This document shows positions 14,118 through 26,220 of a stretch of DNA of 64,000 nucleotides, piece after piece. Location: the NCBI RefSeq assembly GCF_018977255.1, contig NW_024704743.1, positions 96,598,001 to 96,662,000 of the forward strand, read 5' to 3'. Positions within the stretch are counted from its first letter, which is position 1, and each line of letters begins with the position of its first letter. Origin of the DNA: Callorhinchus milii (Eukaryota). A program made the position numbers and the translations under genes. The notes beneath the pieces are model-generated. The model was given only the letters and a program-made list of their open reading frames with translations, did no database searches and had not been told where the DNA came from.

Positions 14118-14640
14118 TTTGTCAGAAGGCCCACCTGCCAATGGTGGGCAGGATGAGATGGGGGACGTAAAGCAGGCCATAGCCCGCTGAGCGAAGGGAG
14201 CGGGCAGGAGGGTAGGGGACTAGTAGGTTGCAAAGGTAGGGGGACCAAGGCCATGGAGGGCTTTGAAGATGAGGACCAGAATCTTGAAGTGTACCCTCTG
14301 TGTGATGGGAAGTCAGTGGAGATGGGCAAGGATGGGGATGATAGGGTCATGGAGCCTGGTGCGGGAGAGGAAACAAGCTGCAGAGTTCTGGATGATCTGG
14401 AGCCAATGGAGGAAGGAGTTGGGGAGGCCAACAATCAAGAAGTTTGCATAGTCAAGCCTCAATGTTATGAATGCATGTATGAGGGTTTTGGCGGCCTGCG
14501 GTGTGAGATAGTAGCGGAGCCGGGAGATGTTGTGGAGGTGGGGGAAGGCAGAGCGGGTCATGGCACAGATGTGGGGTAGAAAGGATAGTTGAGGGTCAAA
14601 CAAGATGCCAAGGTTCCGGACTGACTCAGTGAGGTGGTGC
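14118..14640 (-). mobile_element. L2 ORF2 C-terminal fragment
   Basis: VRNLGILFDPQLSFLPHI...LIHAFITLRLDYANFL...IQNSAA. Confidence 0.88.
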
Positions 14641-17464
14641 AAAGAATTTAGAAGGTGCTCAGTCGGTCCGCTTGTTAAACTATAATGCCTGTGATGACTA
14701 GCAGGCCTGTGACCTCTTGACATACAGTGTGTGGCATGATTTAATAAACAGTTACATAATAGCAGATCAGAAACGAGTAGAAGAAGAATGTTGCTTGGAC
14801 GCCAGCTCAAGATTTGCCCTCAAGGATCCATTGCAGGAGCTGTCAAATAGGACTGGAGCTGTGAGTGGAAACAGTGGGCTTCAGTACAAGGGAGGGTCTT
14901 GGATTTTTCATCAGTCAAAACTGTTTGAAAAATTTAACAAAAAGGGAAAAAAATATTTCTGCATGGCTCTGATTTCAAATCTTCACAAGTTTCTGAACAT
15001 AAAATAGAATACTTGGACTTTTAGGTCTGTTGATACATCTGAACTTTAGGTTAAAGTTAAGCAGCTACTGGCTACAGGCAATGTCAGACTGATGACAGGC
15101 CAACTTCATATGACAACATTTTTATGTGGCAGGACATTTTAGCAAAGCAACATAATGATACAAAGAGATTAAAGTACAAAGAGTGCAAACTAGATTAAAG
15201 TACAAACATCTGCCACTGTTATCACAGATCAAGTCATGTTTTTACAAGTTTGAAAGGCTTGACTCAGATGTTCTGGGCTCGCTAATGAATATTATCGTAC
15301 CTGTAACAGTAATGATTTACTGAGCATTGACAAAGCACATTGGGATTTGAAGATACGTTGTTATTTAATCTGTGCTTAAGGGTAGTCATGAAAGGTGTCA
15401 AGTCCTAACCTATTTAGGATTGATTCATTGTGTCCAAAATGTTGATGGAACCGAAAGTTTACAAACATTTACAATGTATTATCCATTCTGCTTCCGAACT
15501 AAAAAAAATGGAAACATTAGGCCATTCTTCTGTGAGACTTGACACACCTTAGCATTCTTTTGAAGTCACTTGAGGTGCAATGAAAAGTACTCTAGCAACT
15601 GATGGCGACTATTGAAAGATACCCCAACAACAAGAAGACAAACAAGAACTTGCATTTATATTGTGCTCTTCATGCGGGGTAGTGTCTCAGAATGTGCCCA
15701 ACCTGTCCTGTAATTCCATTTACCTCGTACTGACTTATCCTCAAGCACCATTCATCGGTTGAACAATCAGAATGCAAGATGTTCATTCCTCAGACATTTT
15801 TAATTAATCTCCTAAATTAATATATGATTCAATTTTATTTCTACGAAATAAATAATCCTTATGTTTGGCTCAGTGCCTTTCATGTCGGAAGAATGTCGGA
15901 GATATACTGGAGTGTAATGAATGCATTTTGTGGATGAATGTGCTAGCCAAATCTTTTACTAGAATCCAGTTTTAATTTTCCACGGTTCTTAAACAGAAAC
16001 GGCTTCCAAATTAAGACTGAATTTAAGATTTTCTTACAATTCTGCACCATCTTGAATTTTAAGACAAAATGGACCTAGAGGCTAACAGAAGCTGAAATTT
16101 GGGGCTCTTTTAAAGCAGCTCATCTGTCATTCTTTATTTCTGCTTTTCCATCAGTGAGCAGTGCTTGCAGAATCTCTTCAGCACAGCGCCATCTCTTGTT
16201 AGTACTTTCCCCAGCAGCTAGTTGAAAATAGAAATAAAATTGATCTCTGAACAAGTTGGCAGAAACAAGGCTATTGATTTAGAATGAAAACAGGTGATAA
16301 TTTGTATTTTTCGTATCCAGAAAAATCGTTTCTTGTTGCAAAAATGGTCCAGGCTAACGCAACTCCCTGGTGCATAATGACAACTCATCTTAAAAATCGA
16401 TAGTAAAGCTGCGCTTAACAGAGCATTGGATCAGGGAAGTTTCTGAAAAGTGCATCTGGGGAGGTGAGCAAAGGGAGAGTTGGAAAAATATACCGTCAGG
16501 TTGATGAAAGTATGGATTCCAGTGAAATGGGGTTTCTCTGCCAATTTTTGGAAAGCTGATGGCCCACCTCAATCCCTGTTTATCTGGTGATCTGATCTGT
16601 TTAAACACTGTTAGTTCTAAGCTGCTCACCCTATTGTGATAGATCCTGGTGCAGTGTCTTCTGTGCCTCCTGTGGCCCCTGAGCTGAGGTGCTCCCTTTT
16701 CCTCCAATGGCTGCTACACCCATGCAGTCACACAGGAAATTCTTTATGTTACAGCGCTCTGAGATGCTATCCTGCGTGAAAGGCGCCATATAAATGCAAG
16801 TTGTTGGTGTAGTTACCTCAAACACTGCTTTAAACAACTCCCCTGATGAAATTTGTTAACTCCATGTCTGATGAGGAAGTGAACACTCATGTTACCAGGT
16901 GCTTTTCGTAGAATGCTTTTTGTAGAATGTTACAAAAAAAACCTCAAGACATTTTGACATTTTTCTAAGGCAGTATATCAGGTGTAATGAGTATTTTATA
17001 ATATTTGTAACATCATTCGTACTATAGATGACATTTGATAATGCAATGTTTATTTTTGCTCTTCTCGATTTAATTGTCATTAGCCAAGTGAGAGAAATTA
17101 TGTCTAACTGTATCATTAGCTGGAATTTCATGAAATAAAAAAAAGAAAGATTTGTTCTTTTGTCTGTGTTGCAATTAGGAATCAAATATAATATGGAACA
17201 TGTCTTTTGGGAGCTAAAAGGAGATGTTTGGATCACACCAGAAGACATAAGAACAGAAGAATTTGCGAAGCAAAACAAGACTTAGGTCCATCTAGTTCAG
17301 CTTCCAATATCCTGACAATAGCTTAACATGTCGTGTTTCAAGATCTTCCTCTTTCCCCTCTCGCTCTAGCCTCAGTGTCAAGTTCCACCACTGTTTAGCG
17401 CTCCGAGATACCACCCTGCATGAAGGGAACAAGTTGTTTTTCTTGTTGAGATTTCAGCTACGTG

Positions 17465-18550
17465 AATACAATACAATACAAAGTTTATTTGTTAATGCGC
17501 CTTTCACGTCGGGAGGACGTCCCAAGGCACTGAACAGTGAGGGATTAGGACCCAAGCAGGGTTAGGGATCAGGGAGGTTGGAGGGCAGAGAGGGTAGGAG
17601 GGTTGCCAAAGGCACGGTCGAAGAGGAGGGTCTTAAGGCGTGCCTTGAAGGGCGCAAGGGAGGGAGCGAGGCGAAGGTAGCGTGGGAGTTCCAGAGGGTG
17701 GGGGCAGAGAGGGTGAAGGTCTGACTGCCAATGGTTCAGTGGGACCGGCGGGGCATGTGGACCAGGCTGGAGCCCACTGAGTGCAGGGAGTGGGTAGGTT
17801 GATAAGAGGTTAGCAGGTTGGAGAGATAGGAGGGGGCAAGGCCATGGAAGCCTTGAACTCAGCACCTTGGGACGTCCTCCCGACGTGAAAGGCGCTTTAC
17901 AAATGTAATTTTTTTGTTGTTGTTGAAGGTGAGAATGAGAATTTTGAACTTGAACAATTCCAGACAGGGTGAAACCTTGGGCAAGTTTCCTTACTCCACA
18001 CGCCTAATAATAATCCCTCCAAAAACAAAAAACAATAATAAATTGATCATTTTCAATCCACGACTGTTTGTGGGACACTGCTGTGCGCAATTGGCTGCCG
18101 GGTTTCGCCCACAAATATACGGTCAATTCACTTTACAGTCTATTCTGTGAAGCACTTTGAGATGTCGAGAAGACGTGAAAAACGCTGTATCAAATGCAAG
18201 GATTATTACTATTATAAACAAGACCCAGATTCGTGACTGGCTTGGTGAGGTGTAGTGTGCAACCGTGGATGCTGATACTGCCAGTCCCTGAGGTGTGGAG
18301 GCCCTGGTGTGAGCCAATCAGGAGAGTCTCAGTCTTGCTGACGTTCAACTGTAGAAATTTGGCATCATTGGTCTGGGACGAGGGTGGAGGCAGAGAGATA
18401 AAGTTGGGTGTCATCTGCGTACATGTGGAAGTTGACCCCATGTCTGCGGATGATGCCACCAAAAGGGAGCATATACAGGTTGAAGAGAGGACCGAGGACA
18501 GAGCCCTGAGGAACACTGTATAAAACGGTGCGGGGGCTGGAGGAGAAGCC
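17465..18550 (-). mobile_element. L2 fragment with nested inverted L2 tail and SINE
   Basis: RT motifs [10 protein letters not shown] and [10 protein letters not shown] at about 18400-18510. Tail at 17465-17545. Confidence 0.88.
17955..18215 (+). mobile_element. 5'-truncated SINE family A copy within an L2
   Basis: Matches the body and tail of the 19376 copy. Confidence 0.85.
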
Positions 18551-19375
18551 ATTTGTGGAGGCAAAGTGGAGCCGGATTAATGTATTGTGAAATCCGCAGA
18601 CTGAAAACTCCACTCCAGAAGTACAGGTCCTGTGGCTCCACGTGACTTATTCCGGTTACAAGAAGAAGTTCCCATTATGATGACAAAGCTGCTGGAGCAC
18701 AAACTAATTCAGAAAAGCAAAGATTATTTCCCTTGTAAGAGTTAATTTTTATTTGTGACCCTGTGGTGAAGTAAGGACTGACACAAATATACAATTAATC
18801 AAGGTTATTTCAGATTAAATAATGCTTGTAAGTAATTAAAAGAATACATCCAATTATGCTTACATATGCATATATACTGTAATTCACGACGATTTAAGTT
18901 GACCTAACCAATGCTGTGGGAGAGATAGAGGAGCAATGTTCAATTTAATATCCATTTTAATGTGTCATTTTTAATCCAAATATATGTCCATCAAAAGGTA
19001 TCCAAGTATTGTTGGACGGTTCCCAGTTTGATTACCCAAAAGTATCCAGCTCTTACTGTTTGTTTCCCAGTTTCATTACCCGAAAGTATCCGGGTATTAT
19101 GGTACATTAATTGTTGTTTAAGTCGTAGTCTTGATCTTCCTTCTTTAGAAGCAGGAATGTGGTTTGCAACTCCAAGTTTCAATTTCTTTCCTTCTCCAAT
19201 TCTTTCTTTGAATCGATCTCCGTTTATACAGTTCGTTAGGTGACCTTTCACTTATTGTCTTTTGCAAGATGGTTCCTTTGTAAAAAAATGCAACACAACT
19301 CTCTCCAGCTGCAGATCATTTTTATAATAATAATAAGCTGATTATTTGTAATTATTAGTAGTATTGTTGTTATGT

Positions 19376-19692
19376 GGAGTCCTGTAGCTCAGTGGTTAGA
19401 GCAATCGCTTTGCAAGCAAGAGACCTGAGTTCAATTCCAGGCAGACCGAAACCTTGGGCAAGTTTCCTTACTCCACACGCCTAATAATAATCCCTCCAAA
19501 ACCAAAAACAATAATAAATTGGTCATTCTCAATCCACGACTGTTTGTGGGACATTGCTGTGCGCAATTGGCTGCCGCGTTCGCCCACAAATATACAGTCA
19601 ATTCACTTTACAGTGTGTTCTGTGAAGCGCTTTGGGACGTCCTCCTGACGTGAAAAGCGCTATATCAAATGCAAGGATTATTATTATTATTA
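19376..19692 (+). mobile_element. Full-length young tRNA-derived SINE (family A: tRNA-Ala-like head, L2-like tail, (TTA)n end)
   Basis: A box TAGCTCAGTGG, anticodon-like CTTTGCAAG, B box GAGTTCAATTCC, tail GGGACGTCCTCCTGACGTGAAAAGCGCT then (TTA)n. Many near-identical copies occur in the window. Confidence 0.9.
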
Positions 19693-21160
19693 TATTTTTC
19701 CATAAGAAAATGACTGATAAGGACTGAAACAGTTTGTTGTTTATAAAGTCTTTTGTTTTTCTGCGAAGCTAGTCACAACCAGCTCCCATCATATGAGATT
19801 AATCATATGTTTTAAATATATATATATAGCAAATATAATTTGAGATATTATTTAACACATTAATTACAGAATCTTGCACCCTTGATCGATTGCAAACAGG
19901 AAACGGAAGCAAGTGAAGTGATAGATCTCTGGAACAACATCAATGCAGTAACTGCCTGCCTGGCTGATTATCAATCTTAGAGAAAGGTTAGAGTAGTGAT
20001 TTTACATACTTAAATTCACAGTATTTTTAAAGGGTGCAGCATGCAGATTAATTATAGACGATTAATTATAGACAGTCTAGCACTGTTGCAAAGCATTTTG
20101 GGCACTTATTTGGATAGAGGAATAAGAGTGCTGTAGAATGTGAAACATTTCATCAGCATAACATTTCTAGTTGTGAGGCTCCATCGTGCAGAAGATAGCT
20201 TGTTAACAGCCATCAAACCCAGGAGGTCTTCCATCGCAAGGCTCTCATCCAGTGAGAGGCAGATGGAGACTGTCAAATTTGCTTCAAATGTCACCATAAG
20301 CAGCCCATGCAGTGAAAAGACAACATTCCTTTCACTGTTACTAAACTTCATAAGCTTCAGTATCAGTGCTTTCTTGACAACCTCACACTGTAGTAATCGA
20401 TACATAATTTGGAGGTTGAATTAGTATTGATTCCCTTCTCTGTCTATTTTTGTTGCAAATTTAGAAAAAGGACGCAGACTCATTATATTTATAATTAATA
20501 CAATTGCGGCAATAAATAACTGAGTTTGACCAATAAAATATTTAAAGTTAATTGCCTGGAACTAAACCTTGATTTATATTTTGTGCGAATTTAGATAAAT
20601 CGTAACTATTTTTTAAAAAGGGGGGAATTTTTCAATTTCTATTTTCACAAAAAAGCAGGATTGATGAAAATCAGAGTGAAAAAAAAATTATGTTTTCCAC
20701 GTTAAAATTAGATGTAGGGAAAAATAGTCAAACTTTTTACACATTTGTTCACAAAATCTCTTATAATTTTTTAATTATTCATGCATTTTTTATATATATA
20801 TATATATAAATTGTTCCCACTTTCTTGCACTGGTCATGCCCACAAATCTACAGGGCAGATAAAGATTACCCAACAGTTTTCACATCACCAGCAAAGGGAA
20901 TTCTAGTTGGTTTACAAGCATCATTAGTGATAATAAGGCACAGGGATCCTACCTTGCAGATTTGGAATTAGATTTTACATGGATTTAGATAGACTGAAAG
21001 CAGCATTTACATAGCACGAAGACAAGCACAGTGTCAATCAGACCAACCGTTGTAAATCCTTCAAAGCAAAGCTAAGATGTAACTCCCGGTGTCATGGAAG
21101 CCTCACTTGTGTTAACAAATGAACTTTTGAAATCTGCAATGTCTCTATGGGAAGATTCAC

Positions 21161-21872
21161 ATTAATGACTCAGATTAGTATTAACAGATCCTTTTTTTGC
21201 TGCAGGTGAAACCACATGTGTAGATGTGCAGTTGAGTCAGAGCCTGGTTTTATGTAACTGCTATGCTGAGGAAACATGTTTCAGCTCTGCAAGATAGTTT
21301 TCAAAATGTAAGATTGTGTAAAATTGTGTAAAATTCTTAAATTCAGTGTTAACTTGGAAGTTGGCTTACCACAGCTGTTAAAAAGCATGCATTTGGGGCC
21401 AGTGTCAGTGGTATAGTGGATAAAACTTACAGACTAGACATTTTAAAAACTAGAGGAAACAGGCTTCAGAGTTCAAACCAAATTCAACAATTTTGCCAAA
21501 TTCTGATACTTTAATAGAGTAAATCTAGACCCAGGTTGGATTTCTACTCCCATAGTGTTTTGGGATCATGAGATTCACAGCACTGTTTGCATCTGAAGTC
21601 AATCTGGTATCTAAACTAGAAGCCAAACTAAACAGCAGGGTGTTTAGATGCAGATGCTGCAGCACTTTCTTCTTCTCCATGATTTCTATGCACATGGACA
21701 TAATTAGCCGAGCAGCATTGAAACTTTTTTAAAATTAATGACTCAGATTAGTATTAATAGATTTTTTTTGCTGCAGGTGAAACCACATGTTTGAATGTCC
21801 AGCTCAGTCAGAGCCTGGTTTTATGTAACTGCTATGCTGGGAAAACATGTTTCAGCTCTGCAAGATAGTTTT
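21161..21872. repeat. Direct duplication of about 140 bp (21161-21301 and 21734-21872)
   Basis: Two highly similar copies starting ATTAATGACTCAGATTAGTATTAA and ending CTCTGCAAGATAGTTTT. Confidence 0.92.
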
Positions 21873-22773
21873 TAATTAAAATGGTCTATTGTTACTGCTA
21901 GTACATTTGGCTGGAGCTTTGATGATAGATGATAGTCATTGCTGTCATGTTTCAGATTCGCTCTCCTGCACATTTCAGCAGATATCACATGAGCAAGAGG
22001 TTAAGGATGAAGTGAACCCAATGTGCAGAAATGCTTCATAATGTTGATAAATATTCTGCAATCTGTACCGAAACTTGAAACATATTTTAAAGAAACACAG
22101 AGAGATACAATTGAAAAATAAATTAAGATAAACATTTTATTTTAAAGAAAAATAAGGGCTTATTCTGCAGTAAACCCAGTCACTTTTTGATGAGCACAAA
22201 ATATCGCACAGAAGAAAGAAATATTGAAAACTGGTTCCTGAAGGCATCTCTTTTAGTATAGTTCAAGTAGGAGAAGATAAGTCTTTCTTAAGGACTTTTC
22301 CTCTGGTGTGATAGGTACCTATTCTTTCATGTGCCATACTAAATAGCATTTGTTTGTATGGAAAAAAAAATCAAAAGACCATGAAAGTGACTATGTCCTA
22401 ACCTCTGGAACTCCTTGCTTCAACCCCTCCACCTTGACCCTCTCTCTATCTGTCTTTAAATCACGTCTTAAACCCTACTTCTTTCACGGTGCCACCTTCC
22501 CTTCTCAATGTCAAACTCTGCCATTCTGAAGCACTCTGAGATGCTATTGTATGTGAAGGGCACGATATAAATGTAAGTTGTTGTAGTAAACCTGGAATGG
22601 ATTTGTTTAAAAAAATACATTAAAATATGAAGAATTAGGCTAAATTGTGGGCTTTCTTCAAAACAGTTAAATTTAGAACTTTCGTAAAGTTGTTTATTTT
22701 TAGTTCGAAGCTGTGTGTTAGCTTAGCTCAGTTGGTAGCACTCTTGCCTCTGAGTCACAAGGTTGTGGTTCAA

Positions 22774-23817
22774 GCCCACAGCACGGAAACAGCCCTGGTC
22801 AAAGTCACTAATGACATCCTGAACACCTGTGATCAGGCTCCCTCTGCCTCCTTGTCCTCTTCGACCTCTCTGCCGCCTTCGACACTGTTGACCACTCCAT
22901 CCCCATACACCCTGTCTTTACTTAAACTTCATGGACCTGCCCTTGCCTGGTTCGATTCCTATCTCTCTCACCATCTCCGCTTTGTTGTCTCTAGCAGTTT
23001 CTCCTCCATCCCCCGCACTGTCACGTCTGGCGTCCCCCAGGGCTCTGTCCTTGGCCCTCTCCTCTTTAATATCTATATATCTTTAATATCTCCTTGGTGA
23101 CATCTCCACAAACGTGGGGTCAACTTCCACATGTATGTGGATGACACCCAACTCTATCTTTCTGCTCCACCCTCAACTCCAGGACCACTGCTGTCCTGAC
23201 AGACTGCCTGTTGGACATCAAGTCCTGGATGAGGGCAAATTTCCTACAATTGAATGTAGTTGAATGTGAACAAGACTGAGGCCCTCCTGATTGGTTCGCG
23301 CCAGCGTTCAGGCTCTGGCAACATCAACCTCCATAGTTGCACACTACAACTCACCAAGCCAGGCAGGAACCTAGGTGTCTTGTTCAACCCTCAACTGTCT
23401 TTTCTCCCCCACATTCAAGCCACGACCCGTTCTGCCTTCCCTCACCTCCATAACATTGCCCAACTCTGCCACTATCTCACCTCTCAGGCCACCGAAACTC
23501 TTGTTCATACCTTCATCATCTCCAGGCTCGACTATGCAAATGCCCAACTCCTCCCTCCACAGACTGCAGATAATCCAGAACTCTGCAGCCCGTGTCCTCT
23601 CCCGCACCAAACTCCGTGACCCCATCTCCCCCATTCTCACCCGACTCCATTGACTCCCTATCCTTCAGAGGATCCAGTTCAAGATCCTGGTCTTCACCTA
23701 CAAAACCCTCCATGGCCTCGCCCCACCCTACCTCTGCGACCTCCTAACCCCCTACCAACCCACCTGCTCCTTCCACTCAGCCGGCTCTGACCTGCTCCAC
23801 GTCCCCCGTCCCACTGG
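22774..23817 (+). mobile_element. L2 RT-region fragment joined to a SINE head
   Basis: [16 protein letters not shown] and [16 protein letters not shown], frameshifted. Confidence 0.92.
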
Positions 23818-24050
23818 CGGGGGACGTCTCAAACCGTTTCACAGAATATACTGTAAAGTGAATTGACTGTATATTTGTGGGCGAAATGCTTGTTTACTAT
23901 TATTTATCTCATCACACTTCACAGTAAAATCCTTTGAAGTGCTTTAAGACGTTCTCCCAATGTGAAAGGTAATATACCAATTGCAAGGATTATTATTATT
24001 ATTATTTATTTTATCAAGCTGATGGTATCATCAGGGTGAAGAGGAAAGCG

Positions 24051-24073
24051 GAGAGAGAGAGAGAGAGAGAGAG
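24051..24073 (+). repeat. (GA)n microsatellite
   Basis: Directly visible. Confidence 0.9.
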
Positions 24074-25802
24074 ATCACTACACCATTATAAGCTGGTAGG
24101 AAAATATTGTTTTCTCTTTCTTGGTCTACTTTATGAACTAAATGTACAATATTTTTAACAAAGGAAACACTTGGCAACAAAAGCAAAAGACAAAGTAAAA
24201 CACAGTCCAACAGAATGAGCACGAGGGAATTAAAATGAAAGAATTTAGTGAAATGAGAAAAATACATCAAATGTCTCTCCAGCTCTGGACTGAAAATCTG
24301 TATCAGAAGTAGGATTGGGTTTTGTGAACTGCAGGTGTGCTTGGAATTTGTCAGTTTACAAAACTCAACTTACTGATGGTCAATAGCCAATATATTTTGG
24401 ATGGATGACATTTAAATTTGGCGAATCCTTAGGTATATTCTTAATTTTGAAGTAAGTTTTCTGTAAGTTCTTTCAAGATCATAACCGCTTCAGTGTATTG
24501 GAGGTTTGGATAAATAATAGTAAACCCAGCTGTTTTTGGCACATTGAGGAAGCACAGAACTAACAATCGCTCCAGCTCTACTCTGACCTCTTTTCTTCAG
24601 TTGCCAACACCTGCTGGCTACATTCCTGTTTCAGCACAGACATCAGCAGAACTGCGGCAATCCTGAAAGTGACTGCATGGAGGCGCTGCCACCACATGTT
24701 TGTCATGAGAAGCATTGTGAAAGTGGCCATGGTAGAGATATGATGCACCCTGTTTTAGCGATGCCGCATTTTATGCACCCCTCTCCCCTCCCAACTACTG
24801 CTTTATAATGGACCTGCACTGCATGTGCTCTATACCTTACACTGCACTTAAAAGACATTTGTGACATGAAATATACACCTAACTCAAATACAGATATTAA
24901 AAGACATTAATAAATAAACATAAAGCATTTTCATTGCACTATTTTTGCTAGTTAATGAGCTGTGCACAAAATGGTGAATCTCAGTGGTCAAAGGTCCTTT
25001 CTCCAATTTAGTTTTCCAAAATAGCATTTTCTTTAAATAAAAAACACACAATTTCCACTGGGATCAGCATGATAACTCTTCTCCTGAGGTAGGCTGAAAC
25101 CAATTTATTACAATTAGTTTTTAAACTACATGTACAGGAAATGTGTAGTGGGTGCAGTGCAGTTTAGACCGATATTTAAACCGTCTACACAAAAGGGTCT
25201 TCTTAAATTGTAGTTGAAGCACATTTTTGAATCATAAAACACTTTGTTCAATAAATTTTAGAAAGGACAGACACCAATGTTTTACGTGCAGCCAAATTGT
25301 TTTCTTCTAATTGTGGTATTTTAAGCAGAACTAGAGCTCCTCACGCTCAGGGAAGACTGCCCTGTGGAGTTTAAGAGGCAAGTAGATTTCAGCCAAACAA
25401 GTGTTTATACTTATAGTGATCATTTAGCCAAAACATGTTTGCTCCTGAATCCCTTGCTAACTCGCCAGTTGGGGAATAAAAAACATTCCCAGTGAAATCA
25501 TAATGTTATATGATCCACTCGATGAAGTTCAGTTCAAAGACCAACATGCACTTGAAAGACATTCAAGTGACCATTGGAGCTTTTAAACCACAGAGTGAAG
25601 CAATGATAGGTCACCCAATCCTCCGCTGACATCCCAGATTTGCTGTAGCCTTAGCCTGATACACTTCTTCACACAGTAGCAATCACCGCAGGCCACGATT
25701 GTCCATTCCCTAATGTTTCAGGGTGCCACAGATTAAGCTTGGGGGTACCATCATCAATAGAGATTTTGTGAAGAATGTTGGAGTTACATAAAGCACATAA
25801 AG

Positions 25803-26220
25803 CAATAATAATCCTTACAATTGATTTAGTGCCTTATTACGTCTTCAAGAAGTCTTAAAGTGCTTCACAGAATATACTGTAAAATGAATTGACTGTATAT
25901 TTTGTGGGCAAAATATATGAAAGCAAAGTTCACATTCCTCAGGGCTGAGGAGCACCGCATCTTGATCTGGAATCACACATGAAATTGGTATAGGAGGAAT
26001 GTTGCCTGGACACCAAGAGAAACTTCCTTCTCTTTTAGTTGGTATCACTGGTTCTTTGACGTCCACCTGATCAGGCAGTTTATCACCTTACACCAAGGAC
26101 TCACCCAACAATGTCTTAGAGTGCCAGCTGGATTGAGTTCAAATTCATTGAAAGTGGGTTTCCATCCCACAATCTTTTGACGAAGAGGTGAGAATGATAC
26201 TCACTGAGCCAGGCTGACAC
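25803..26220 (-). mobile_element. SINE family B copy
   Basis: The reverse head ends in CTGAGCCAGGCTGACAC. Deu core and tail are present. Confidence 0.75.

Noticed and set aside
19376..19445. tRNA-Ala gene
   Set aside because: It has A/B boxes but no proper acceptor stem, and it continues into a SINE body present in many copies.
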